Shown here: positions 37,663 through 51,061 of the stretch, piece after piece | How the letters are laid out: every line of letters begins with the position of its first letter | Position numbering within the stretch: position 1 is the first letter of the stretch | NCBI GenBank assembly: GCA_051887655.1 | Contig: JBJEZZ010000002.1 | Span: 12,138-76,137, forward strand | Reading direction: 5' to 3' | Length of the DNA: 64,000 nt | DNA from: Candidatus Methanomethylophilaceae archaeon | GTDB lineage: Archaea > Thermoplasmatota > Thermoplasmata > Methanomassiliicoccales > Methanomethylophilaceae | Made by a program: the position numbers and the translations under genes | The notes under the pieces: model-generated | What the model saw: only the letters and a program-made list of their open reading frames with translations | The model's database searches: none | Told to the model about the DNA's origin: nothing

Positions 37663-38471
37663 CGGTGGCGAAGAGATCGAAGAACCCGTTCGTCCGCGTG
37701 GCGCAGTCCGCCAAGGCGATCTACGAGAACCGCGTGATCCTCATGGCGCTCATACGCAGGAACACCGCGGGCCGTTACAAGAGCACGTTCGTAGGATTCG
37801 GATGGCATCTGCTGATGCCCGTACTGATGATCATCGTGCTGTACATCGTGTTCGGTTCGATCAGGACGAAACCCATCGAATCGTATTGGATCTACCTCAG
37901 TGCGGGGATGTTCCCGATAATGTTCATAAGCAGCAGCCTGAGGGGCAGGGCGATACAGTCCAACGCCAGATACATCACCAAGATGCATTTCCCGAGGGAG
38001 ATCGTGGTCCTGGCATCGGTGATCACGGATTTCCTCTCGGTCGTGTTCGCATACGTGGTCATCATCATGATCATCCTATTGTCGGGACAGTACGTGGATT
38101 GGATAGGCATGGCGATGATCCCCGTACAGCTGCTGCTGATGCTGATATTCTGCTACGGCTGCTCGCTCCTGATATCCACGGTGACGGTGTTCGTGAAGGA
38201 CGTGGGATACATAATGAGCGTCGCCATGAGACTGGTGTTCTACCTCACCCCGACTTTCTTCCTTGTGGACGAGGCGGGAGGTGTCTTGGAAACACTCGTG
38301 TGGTACAATCCGTTCACGTACTTCGTGGAGGTGTTCCATCAGACGCTGTACTACGGCACCACCCCGGACATGTACATGTTCGGGATATGCGTGATACTGA
38401 CGGTCGTGTTCTTCTTCCTGGGAGAGGCGGTCTTCAACAGATACCAGGACAGACTGCCGGAGGTGCTCTGA
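37659..38471 (+). CDS. ABC-2 type (Wzm/TagG-like) exporter permease
   Basis: 6-TM protein with RNTAGRYKSTFVGFGWHLL N-terminal signature of polysaccharide/teichoic-acid exporters. GTGA overlap with the LRR gene stop. Confidence 0.85.
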   Translation: MTVAKRSKNPFVRVAQSAKAIYENRVILMALIRRNTAGRYKSTFVGFGWHLLMPVLMIIVLYIVFGSIRTKPIESYWIYLSAGMFPIMFISSSLRGRAIQSNARYITKMHFPREIVVLASVITDFLSVVFAYVVIIMIILLSGQYVDWIGMAMIPVQLLLMLIFCYGCSLLISTVTVFVKDVGYIMSVAMRLVFYLTPTFFLVDEAGGVLETLVWYNPFTYFVEVFHQTLYYGTTPDMYMFGICVILTVVFFFLGEAVFNRYQDRLPEVL

Positions 38472-38472
38472 C

Positions 38473-40437
38473 ATGGACGACGTGATGATACGGCTGAAGG
38501 GCGTCCGCAAGGGCTACCGCATAAACTCCGACGATGGAAAAGAGAAAAGATTCCTGCACAAGCGCGAGACCGAGGAGTACGTCGTGTTCAGGGACGTGGA
38601 CCTGGAGGTCCGCAGGGGAGAGGTCGTCGCACTGCTGGGGCGCAACGGGTGCGGGAAGAGCACGCTGCTGAAGATAATATCCGAGATCATAGAGCCCGAC
38701 TGCGGGACCGTCGAGGTTAACGGCAAGGTGGCCAGCATCCTGGAGCTCAGCATGGGCTTCCACAGCGACCTCACCGGAAGGGAGAACATCTTCCTCCGCA
38801 GCGAGCTGTACGGCATACCCAGGAAGGTGGTGGCCACCTTCGCGGACGATATCGTGAGATACTCGGACCTGGGCAAGTTCATCGACAATCCGGTCCGCAC
38901 GTACTCGTCCGGGATGAGGGCGCGCCTGGCGTTCGCCATAATGGTGAACGTGGACGCGGACATCTTCCTGGTGGACGAGGCGCTCAGCACCGGGGACATG
39001 GCGTTCGCATCCAAGGCGTCGGAGCATCTGGGGAACCTGGTCCGCAAAGGGAAGACCGTCATCATGACGTCCCACAACATGCGCACCATAAAGGGAGTGT
39101 GCACGCGCGCGGTATGGATCTCCGAACAGAGGATATTCATGGACGGACCCGCGGACGAGGTATGCGACGAGTACAGCAGAAGCATCAACGAGTCCCTCGA
39201 GGAGACGGAGAAGCTGGCCAACGACGGATCGTCGGCGGCGCAGTACCGTCTGGCAGGGTACTACCGCAAAGGTATCGGTACGGAAACGGACCGGGAGAGG
39301 TACGCGTTCTGGCTGAAACAGGCCTCGGACAGGGGCCACGTACCGGCCATGGCCGAGTATGCGGACCTGCTGATGTCCGTGGATCCGGAAAGGAACCTCG
39401 AGGAGGCGCTGGCACTTTACAAGGAGGCGGCCGACGGCAACAATCACGACGCCCGCAGGCACTACGCGTATCTCAGAGGGAACACTGATAGCAGTACCAA
39501 ATTCCTTTTGGAGACATTGCGCGGGATCGCCGGGAGCGGGTATCCGGAGGACCTGTGCATGTACGGCAGCGCGCTGTACGCGACGGCAAGGACGGACGCC
39601 GACAGGGAACGCGTGTTCGAAACATACATGGAAGCCGCTGAGAAGGGGAGCGCCGAAGGACTGTACCGCGCGGGCATGATGCTCCGCAACGGCACCGGTA
39701 CGGAGGCAGACACGGAGAGGGCGGTGGACATGCTGAAGAGATCCGCCGATCTGGGTCATCCGAAGGCGATGACCGTGTTGGGCGACATGTACATGGAAGG
39801 CAGACTGGTCGGGAAGGATCCCGCTGAGGCGTTCGGATGGTACCTCCTGTCCGCGAGGACGGGCAATCCGCGTTCCCAGTACCAGGTGGCCGTTATGCTG
39901 TCCGAGGGCATCGGCACGGAGAAGGATGAATCCGAAGCGGACGTGTGGTTCCGCAGGAACGCCGAATCGTATCTGAACGCCGCACGCATGTATGCCGCCG
40001 ACCGTATGCACGGCACGTATGACGATGCGGTGGCACTCCTGGGTCCCGCGGCGGACAGCGGGAACAACAGAGCCAGACTCAGATTGGCACGCATGATGTC
40101 GCACAAGGACCCGGGATCGTCCGACAGGATGCTCGAGGAGGCCGCCATGGGACAGTGCAGGGACAGGGTGCCCCTGGCCAGATCCCTGTCCGGGAAGGGA
40201 TCCGATCCCGAACGTGCGTTCACACTCTACAGACAGGCCGCGGACAACGGCGACCCCTACGCGATGTACGCCGTGGCGTGCATGTACCGCGACGGTACGG
40301 GTACGGAGGAGGACCGCGAGATGTACAGGTACTACACCCGCATGGCCGCCGAATACGGCAACAGGGACGCCAAGGCCGTGGTGCGGAAATGGGACATGAA
40401 GGCCAAACGCAAAGCGGCGAAGGAACGGAAACGATGA
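38473..40437 (+). CDS. Wzt/TagH-like ABC ATPase fused to about 10 Sel1-like repeats
   Basis: [12 protein letters not shown] Walker A, YSSGMRARLAFA signature, IFLVDEALSTGD Walker B. From about residue 255, repeats of the A..YRLAGYY.KG.G...D type. Starts 1 nt after the permease stop. Confidence 0.9.
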   Translation: MDDVMIRLKGVRKGYRINSDDGKEKRFLHKRETEEYVVFRDVDLEVRRGEVVALLGRNGCGKSTLLKIISEIIEPDCGTVEVNGKVASILELSMGFHSDLTGRENIFLRSELYGIPRKVVATFADDIVRYSDLGKFIDNPVRTYSSGMRARLAFAIMVNVDADIFLVDEALSTGDMAFASKASEHLGNLVRKGKTVIMTSHNMRTIKGVCTRAVWISEQRIFMDGPADEVCDEYSRSINESLEETEKLANDGSSAAQYRLAGYYRKGIGTETDRERYAFWLKQASDRGHVPAMAEYADLLMSVDPERNLEEALALYKEAADGNNHDARRHYAYLRGNTDSSTKFLLETLRGIAGSGYPEDLCMYGSALYATARTDADRERVFETYMEAAEKGSAEGLYRAGMMLRNGTGTEADTERAVDMLKRSADLGHPKAMTVLGDMYMEGRLVGKDPAEAFGWYLLSARTGNPRSQYQVAVMLSEGIGTEKDESEADVWFRRNAESYLNAARMYAADRMHGTYDDAVALLGPAADSGNNRARLRLARMMSHKDPGSSDRMLEEAAMGQCRDRVPLARSLSGKGSDPERAFTLYRQAADNGDPYAMYAVACMYRDGTGTEEDREMYRYYTRMAAEYGNRDAKAVVRKWDMKAKRKAAKERKR

Positions 40438-40508
40438 TGACCCATATCATCTCGCGCTGGCGCGACAATTATAAACCACACATCCCGTTATAGAATCCGG
40501 TACCTATT

Positions 40509-41528
40509 ATGACTGAGGGTTGGACCTACGCAAAGGCAGGAGTGAACATCGATCAGAAATCCAGCGCCATCGCTTCGCTGGTCAAGGAACTCAACTTCAA
40601 GAGGGAGGGGAAGGGGACCCAGGTCAGGATGAAGAACCTCTTCGCCAGCCTCATCGAGTTCGGGGACGACTATCTCACCCTCGCCACGGACGGTGTCGGA
40701 ACGAAGCTCCTCATCGCAGAGGAACTCGGCATCTGGAACACCGTCGGTATCGACTGCATCTCCATGAACGTCAACGACACGATCTGCGTCGGTGCGGAAC
40801 CCATGTCCTTCGTGGATTACATCGCCATCGACAAGCCCAACGGGGAGATCACCGAACAGATCGGTATCGGTCTCCAGAAGGGTGCCGAACTGTCCAACAT
40901 GGAGATCGTGGGCGGAGAGATCGCCGTGCTCCCCGAGATGGTCAACGGCGTTGACCTGTCCGGGACATGTCTCGGATACGTACCGAAGGACAAGGTCGTC
41001 ACCGGTCAGGGATGCAGGGAAGGGGACGTGATCGTCACCCTCAGATCGTCGGGTGTGCACTCCAACGGACTCACGCTCGCAAGGAAGGTCTTCGAATCCG
41101 CAGGATACGGTATGAAGGACAAGTGCCCCGGCCTCAGCGGCACCGTCGGTGAGGAACTCCTCACGCCCACAAGGATCTACGTCAGGGACGTGCTCGACAT
41201 CCTCTCCAAGCACGAGGTGCACGGACTGGTGGACATCACCGGAGGCGGACTCAGGAACATCCTCAGGATGAGGGAGGGCCTCCAGTACGTCATCGACGAC
41301 CCGCTCGAACCCGCACCCATCTTCAAAAAGATCCAGGAGCTCGGTAACATCAGCGACACCGAGATCTACCAGACCCTCAACATGAGCATGGGATTCGACA
41401 TCATCGCCCCCGCGGATGCCGCGGAGGAGATCGCGTCCTCCTACGACGGTGCCGCCGTCGTCGGATACGTCAGGAAAGGGAAGGGAGTCCTCCTCGAGAA
41501 GGAGGATATCCTGTACGACAGGTACTGA
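40509..41528 (+). CDS. purM: phosphoribosylformylglycinamidine cyclo-ligase (AIR synthetase)
   Basis: TYAKAGVNID...TDGVGTKL...DCISMNVNDT...GGEIA motifs. Confidence 0.95.
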   Translation: MTEGWTYAKAGVNIDQKSSAIASLVKELNFKREGKGTQVRMKNLFASLIEFGDDYLTLATDGVGTKLLIAEELGIWNTVGIDCISMNVNDTICVGAEPMSFVDYIAIDKPNGEITEQIGIGLQKGAELSNMEIVGGEIAVLPEMVNGVDLSGTCLGYVPKDKVVTGQGCREGDVIVTLRSSGVHSNGLTLARKVFESAGYGMKDKCPGLSGTVGEELLTPTRIYVRDVLDILSKHEVHGLVDITGGGLRNILRMREGLQYVIDDPLEPAPIFKKIQELGNISDTEIYQTLNMSMGFDIIAPADAAEEIASSYDGAAVVGYVRKGKGVLLEKEDILYDRY

Positions 41529-41703
41529 ATCGGGAGTGCATGCATGGTGCCGGCAGGCACCGTGCGCATCCCGGAAACATCCTTCTTTCGGGGCCTGCCC
41601 CGAGTTCTGCCGTTTGATGGATCATACGTGGGCGGATCCGACACATACGGCCCATTCAAAAAGCCACATCTTGTTCCAGGGATGACGGATCGATATCCGA
41701 TAG

Positions 41704-41733
41704 GATCCAGTCCGCCGAAAAAAGGACTGGATC
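41704..41733. terminator. perfect 10-bp hairpin GATCCAGTCC-10 nt-GGACTGGATC in convergent intergenic region
   Basis: Seen directly. Lies 42 nt beyond the stop of the 68-aa minus-strand gene; the loop is A6 (plus strand) / T6 (minus strand). Confidence 0.4.
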
Positions 41734-41774
41734 TATCAATAATACCCGACAGGAGAAAGAATCGTACGTAATGG

Positions 41775-41981
41775 TCATCTCTCGACGGAATCGATCGCCT
41801 GACGCGTCCTGCCGACGATCGCACGCCTGTCACCGTCCAGGAACACATCCATATCCGGGTGCTCCTGCTGATATGCAGATACCATCTGCATGATCTGACC
41901 CAAGGAATAATCGTCTGAATCGACACTGACTAGGATGCATTCTGGCGTCTGGATCACCTTACGTTCAAATGGGAGAGACAT
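41775..41981 (-). CDS. hypothetical small protein (68 aa)
   Basis: Non-repetitive acidic sequence MSLPFERKVIQTPECILVSVDSDDYSLGQIMQMV..., just downstream of tRNA-Phe on the same strand. No family recognised. Confidence 0.5.
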   Translation of the reverse strand: MSLPFERKVIQTPECILVSVDSDDYSLGQIMQMVSAYQQEHPDMDVFLDGDRRAIVGRTRQAIDSVER

Positions 41982-42029
41982 TCGACAGATATAATCTGAA
42001 TCGGTCTGGCAATCTGTATGGAGAAGTCA

Positions 42030-42105
42030 TGGTGCCGCGAGCCGGGCTCGAACCAGCGACTTCAAGATCTTCAGTCTTGCACTCTCCCAACTGAGTTACC
42101 GCGGC
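42030..42105 (-). tRNA. tRNA-Phe (anticodon GAA) with genomically encoded CCA
   Basis: Acceptor GCCGCGG/TCGCGGC, anticodon arm CAAGA-CTGAAGA-TCTTG, T loop TTCGAGC, discriminator A then CCA. AAAATATTTTAATAAG box 23-38 nt upstream. Confidence 0.92.
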
Positions 42106-42131
42106 GTAAATACCCCGATTACAAGTTCTTA

Positions 42132-42486
42132 TTAAAATATTTTGGTAGATGCCAGAAGCTCCGGACCGCATCCGCCGGCGATGCGGGACGTATCGTCACG
42201 GAAGGACGATCGGTGTTTGGGACGTTTACCGGAGATCGGCGGCTCCTTGGTGTATTCCCCTCTGCTCATGCAGACGAACGATACCTCGGCCTTCCCGACC
42301 ATGGAACGGATGCGTACGCACCTCAGGGCGACGGAGACGAAAGCGATCGCCAGGATCGCCGCCAACGTCACCGGGATCGCGAACATCGGCTGTAGGAGTC
42401 CGCCGTCCCGATACGGGACGGCGAAGCAGATGCATGCCAACGACGCGAAGAACAGGGCCGTCGCGGTCAGCACGAATCTGCGGAGC

Positions 42487-42506
<20 letters not shown>
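42132..42506 (-). CDS. possible small membrane protein (124 aa, two TM helices)
   Basis: [20 protein letters not shown] and [20 protein letters not shown] hydrophobic helices. The 5' end overlaps the gyrA 3' end by 20 nt, and the 3' end runs into the tRNA-Phe promoter box, so reality is uncertain. Confidence 0.4.
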
Positions 42507-46957
<4,451 letters not shown>

Positions 46958-47064
46958 TCAATATAATATGAAAGGGAACGGAGGACGGAGGGGCACGGCC
47001 CCATCGGCGGCGGTGCTGGCCAAAACCGTCGGATTTAATAGTTCCACACCATATTGTCGATGCG

Positions 47065-48339
47065 ATGACAAGCATAATGGAGGAGGCCCGCAGGGGGGTC
47101 ACACCGCTCATAAAGGAGATCGCCGCCAAGGAGATGGTGAGCGAGGAATTCGTAAGGAACGGGATCGCGTCCGGACGCATAGTAGTACCCTGCAATCCGA
47201 TCCATTCGCCCGTACCGGCCGCCGTCGGAGAGGGCATGTCGATCAAGGTGAACGTCAACCTGGGGACGTCCAGGGACATGCCCTGCATGGGTCCGGAGCT
47301 GGAGAAGCTGGAGATCGCCCTGAAGTACGGGGCGGATGCGGTCATGGACCTCAGCACGGGCGGGGACATCGACGTCATCAGGAAGGAGATCATATCGAGG
47401 TGCCCCGTGATGGTCGGTACCGTCCCAATATACCAGACCGGACTCATCGCCGCCAGGAAGGATGCCGTGGTGGAGATGACCGAGGACGACATCTTCAACG
47501 GCATCGAGAAGCAGGCCAAGGACGGTGTGGACTTCATGACCGTCCACTGCGGCATCACCAGACAGACCGTGGACTGGCTGAAGGATTCCGACAGGATCAT
47601 GGACGTCGTGTCCAGGGGAGGGTCCTTCCTCACCGCATGGATACTGCACAACGAGGACGAGAACCCCCTGTACAAGAACTTCGACTACCTCCTGGAGATG
47701 GCGAAGAAGTACGAGATCACCCTCTCCCTCGGGGACGGGTTCAGACCAGGGTGCATAGACGATGCCTCCGATGCCGCACAGATCTCCGAGCTCATGACGC
47801 TCGGAAGGCTGGTGAAGAGATGCCGCGAGGCCGGAGTGCAGTCCATGGTGGAGGGCCCGGGACACGTGCCCCTGGACCAGATCGAGGCCAACATGACGCT
47901 CCAGAAGACACTGTGCCAGAACGCACCGTTCTATGTCCTCGGACCCCTCGTCACGGACATCGCGCCGGGATACGACCACATCGTCGGTGCCATCGGAGGC
48001 ACGATCGCGGCCAAGGCCGGAGCGGACTTCCTGTGCTACCTCACCCCCGCGGAGCACCTCAGCCTTCCCGATGCGGAGGACGTCAGGGAGGGACTGATAG
48101 CATCCAAGATCGCCGCACATGTCGGCGACATGATGCGCGGAAAGGGCCACGAGGCCGATACCGCCATGGCAAGAGCCAGGAAGGCGCTGGACTGGGATGC
48201 GATGTATGACATCTGCCTCGACAGGGAGAAAGCGGAGAGATACAGGAACAGGGGTTGCACCGCGAAGGAGGACGGCTGTTCCATGTGCGGCGACGTGTGC
48301 GCCGTAAAGATCGTCAACCGCTACCTCACCAAGGAGTGA
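47065..48339 (+). CDS. thiC: phosphomethylpyrimidine synthase
   Basis: DLSTGG, TVPIYQ, MTVHCG, SRGGS, GPGHVPL, C-terminal CSMCG..C cluster motif. Confidence 0.96.
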   Translation: MTSIMEEARRGVTPLIKEIAAKEMVSEEFVRNGIASGRIVVPCNPIHSPVPAAVGEGMSIKVNVNLGTSRDMPCMGPELEKLEIALKYGADAVMDLSTGGDIDVIRKEIISRCPVMVGTVPIYQTGLIAARKDAVVEMTEDDIFNGIEKQAKDGVDFMTVHCGITRQTVDWLKDSDRIMDVVSRGGSFLTAWILHNEDENPLYKNFDYLLEMAKKYEITLSLGDGFRPGCIDDASDAAQISELMTLGRLVKRCREAGVQSMVEGPGHVPLDQIEANMTLQKTLCQNAPFYVLGPLVTDIAPGYDHIVGAIGGTIAAKAGADFLCYLTPAEHLSLPDAEDVREGLIASKIAAHVGDMMRGKGHEADTAMARARKALDWDAMYDICLDREKAERYRNRGCTAKEDGCSMCGDVCAVKIVNRYLTKE

Positions 48340-48393
48340 GGCGGCGGAAGATGGTTTATTAATAAACTTCCTTAAATTTTTAATAACTGCTGC

Positions 48394-48408
48394 GATGATT
48401 GTATCATC
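48394..48408. promoter_or_regulatory. inverted repeat GATGAT-tgt-ATCATC abutting the nikR-like GTG start; upstream 12-bp palindrome TTTATTAATAAA at 48355-48366
   Basis: Seen directly; candidate autoregulatory operator plus A/T box. Confidence 0.35.
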
Positions 48409-48792
48409 GTGACCATAATCAGCATCTCATTGGACGAGGAGAGCGTGGAAGCTCTCGACAGGATAACCGAGGTCCTCGGTCTCAAGGGAAGGAGCGAAGC
48501 GGTCAGATTCTCCATCAAATCGGCAACCGCCGAGATCAAAGAGACAGATAATTTCGACGGCGGCGTGGAAGGGGTGCTGGTGATCATCCATGAGCACCAC
48601 TGCAACCAATGGATGAACATCATCCAGCACAAGTACGAGACCCTGATAAAGACCCAGATGCACTCCCATCTGAAGAACGGGAAGTGTCTGGAGATCATGA
48701 TAGTGTCGGGGGACTCAGAACCGTTCATAAAGATGGTACGCGAGATACACTCCACCGGCGAAGCGAAATACCTGAAATTCGTGAAAAGCTGA
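48409..48792 (+). CDS. nikR: NikR-like ribbon-helix-helix / ACT-type metal-responsive regulator
   Basis: ISISLDEESVEALDRI RHH N terminus, His/Cys cluster VIIHEHHCNQ, 127 aa; GTG start. Confidence 0.8.
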   Translation: MTIISISLDEESVEALDRITEVLGLKGRSEAVRFSIKSATAEIKETDNFDGGVEGVLVIIHEHHCNQWMNIIQHKYETLIKTQMHSHLKNGKCLEIMIVSGDSEPFIKMVREIHSTGEAKYLKFVKS

Positions 48793-48795
48793 AGA

Positions 48796-48870
48796 TGGAG
48801 CCGCTGGAGGGATTTGAACCCCCGACCGATTGATTACGAATCAATCGCTCTACCACTGAGCCACAGCGGC
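48796..48870 (-). tRNA. tRNA-Thr (anticodon CGU) with encoded CCA
   Basis: Acceptor GCCGCTG/CAGCGGC, anticodon arm ATTGA-TTCGTAA-TCAAT, T loop TTCAAAT, discriminator U then CCA. GATTATAAGTC box 27-37 nt upstream. Confidence 0.9.
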
Positions 48871-48970
48871 CTATGAACCGGCTAATGACGGATTGACTTA
48901 TAATCCTTTGTCGTCCCCGAGGGTCCGAAAGGGGACACGGGGTCCCGCCGGTACGATGCCTGTACGTACG

Positions 48971-49780
48971 TCAGCGGCGTGCGAACATATCCCTGAACAC
49001 GACCGCATCTTTCTCCTGGAGCGGGGACTCGCAGATGAAGGTGCACTCGCGGTCGTATCCCTCCACCGCCCTGGCGAAGACCGACATGTCCGGATCCGCG
49101 GCTGACAGCGGCAGATGGCTGATCTCACCCTTGTCGCCGTACTTTATGCAGCTGATATGGAAGTGTGCTATGTCCCCGGCCAGCGGGAAGAACTCGTCGA
49201 GGAGGTCCCTGCAGTCCTGTTCCGTCCTCAGACTGCCGTGGAAGCGTGCGTGGGTATGTGCCACGTCCAATACGGGGGCGGTGCCATCCACCTGCTCCAT
49301 GACCTTGGAGATCTCCTTCAGCGTGCCCCACTGACCCAGCTTGCCCATGGTCTCGATACCGAGCGTGACGTCCCTTATCCCTTCGGAATCCAGGATCTCC
49401 TTGCACCTGTTGAGTCCGTCTATGACGCTGTCCGTGGCCGTATCCGGGGATTTGCCGTAGGATGCCGCGTGTATGACGATGATATATGCACCCATGAGAT
49501 GTGCCGCCCTCGCGGTATCCACCACATACTCCACGCTCCTGTCCCTGGTCTCCTGCTTGTCCGAATTGAAACTGATGAAATAGGGTGCATGCGCGCTCAG
49601 GCGTATCCCCCTCTCGCGTGCGAGAACGCCGTTGGCCCTCGCCTTCTCCTCGGAGATGCGTACGCCTCTGACGAACTCAACCTCCAACGCGTCCAGACCC
49701 AAGGACCTGACGGTGTCCATACCGTCCTTGGGGTTCTTGCTCCCTTCCGGATATCCTGCGGGACCGAATCTCATCGCCAT
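48971..49780 (-). CDS. nfo: endonuclease IV-type AP endonuclease (xylose-isomerase-like TIM barrel)
   Basis: Start at internal MAMRFGPAGYP. HAPYFISF, IVIHAASYG, LGIETMG, DVAHTHA metal-ligand motifs. Confidence 0.85.
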   Translation of the reverse strand: MAMRFGPAGYPEGSKNPKDGMDTVRSLGLDALEVEFVRGVRISEEKARANGVLARERGIRLSAHAPYFISFNSDKQETRDRSVEYVVDTARAAHLMGAYIIVIHAASYGKSPDTATDSVIDGLNRCKEILDSEGIRDVTLGIETMGKLGQWGTLKEISKVMEQVDGTAPVLDVAHTHARFHGSLRTEQDCRDLLDEFFPLAGDIAHFHISCIKYGDKGEISHLPLSAADPDMSVFARAVEGYDRECTFICESPLQEKDAVVFRDMFARR

Positions 49781-49836
49781 GTTACGGCATAATCGGGGGA
49801 AACTCAAATACCTTCGCAGACAGTACGGACAATCCA

Positions 49837-50634
49837 ATGAGGATCGTCATGGATGTGGCGCTCGACCCCACCTTGGGATGCGGGCAGGCGCACAGATGGC
49901 ATAAGGTCGGGAACTCGTGGGAAGGCGTGCTCGGGAACGAGGTCGTCACGCTGACCCAGACAGAGGACGGCTTCGAGTGCGAAGGGACCGAAAACAAGGA
50001 CATGATCCTGGATTACTTCAGATCGGAGGATGACCTGGATTCCATCTACGAGGATTGTGCCAGACATGACGGGTTCGTGTCCGATCTCATTGGCAGATGC
50101 AAAGGGATGCGCATCCTCAGACAGCCGCATTACGAATGCATCGCCACATACATCCTCGCCACCAACGCCAACGTGAAGCGCATAGGCGCGATGGTGGAGG
50201 GGGTCTGCAGGACCTTCGGGAAGGACCTGGGAGGGAGATACTCTTTTCCCACCCCTCAGGAGATCGTGGACGGGAAGGAGAGGGTCTGCGAATGCAGGCT
50301 CGGATACCGTGCGGACAGGTTCGTGGAGTTCGCACAGTCAGTACTGGACGGCTCGTTCGACCCGGATGCGTTGGAGGATATGACATACGAGGAATGCGTC
50401 GAATCCCTCCTCACCATCAAGGGAGTGGGACCGAAGGTGGCGGACTGCATAGCACTGTTCTCCTACGGGCATCTGGAAGCGTTCCCCATAGATGCGAGGA
50501 TATCCGCCGTGATGAAGGACGTGTACGGGATAGAGGGCAGTTACAGGAAGGTGTCAGCCGCCGCGCGCGAAAGGTTCGGCAGATATGCAGGGTATTCGCA
50601 GGAATTCCTTTATCACGCCGACTTCATAGAATGA
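49837..50634 (+). CDS. ogg: 8-oxoguanine DNA glycosylase / AP lyase (Ogg, HhH-GPD)
   Basis: LDPTLGCGQAHRW Ogg N-domain motif, HhH LLTIKGVGPKVADCIALF, catalytic-region FPID. Confidence 0.85.
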   Translation: MRIVMDVALDPTLGCGQAHRWHKVGNSWEGVLGNEVVTLTQTEDGFECEGTENKDMILDYFRSEDDLDSIYEDCARHDGFVSDLIGRCKGMRILRQPHYECIATYILATNANVKRIGAMVEGVCRTFGKDLGGRYSFPTPQEIVDGKERVCECRLGYRADRFVEFAQSVLDGSFDPDALEDMTYEECVESLLTIKGVGPKVADCIALFSYGHLEAFPIDARISAVMKDVYGIEGSYRKVSAAARERFGRYAGYSQEFLYHADFIE

Positions 50635-51021
50635 TCACGGCTGGATGACCCGGGATCCGCAGATGCAGGCGGGCAGGGCCTCACCGAACTCCACCTCGTA
50701 GATCTTGGCCAGGATGCCGGATTTCTTGAAGGCCACACAGATGTTGCAGACCTCGGCGGCGAAATCCGTCCCGCTCTCGGCGATGGATCTGGCGGAAAGG
50801 GAGATCTGATCGTCCACGATGAAGTAGTTGGGATCGCCGGTGACGACGAGATTGTCCCCTCTCTTGTTCTTGAGATACTGGGACACCGCGGCATCCGTAA
50901 GACCGAAGGTCTTGGCCACCTTGGACTGGGTATACCCGAAATCGGCGACCAGCTTCTTCGCCAGCTCCCTCCTTATGGTCGGGAGAAGATACCATACAAC
51001 GACCTCACACGGGATCTTCAT
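50635..51021 (-). CDS. HTH transcriptional regulator with Cys-rich C-terminal part (128 aa)
   Basis: GYTQSKVAKTFGLTDAAVSQYLKNKRG HTH; cysteines at CNIC and CIC. Confidence 0.7.
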   Translation of the reverse strand: MKIPCEVVVWYLLPTIRRELAKKLVADFGYTQSKVAKTFGLTDAAVSQYLKNKRGDNLVVTGDPNYFIVDDQISLSARSIAESGTDFAAEVCNICVAFKKSGILAKIYEVEFGEALPACICGSRVIQP

Positions 51022-51061
51022 CGTATAATGTTAATCATTCCGAATATATGCTACTTGTCGG

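Noticed and set aside
41529-41774. C/D-box or other small RNA in the purM-downstream spacer (TGATGG and ATGACGG sequences, several hairpins).
   Set aside because: I found no proper C box (RUGAUGA) with D box (CUGA) pairing or a terminal stem. The hairpins are adequately explained as terminators of the convergent transcription units.
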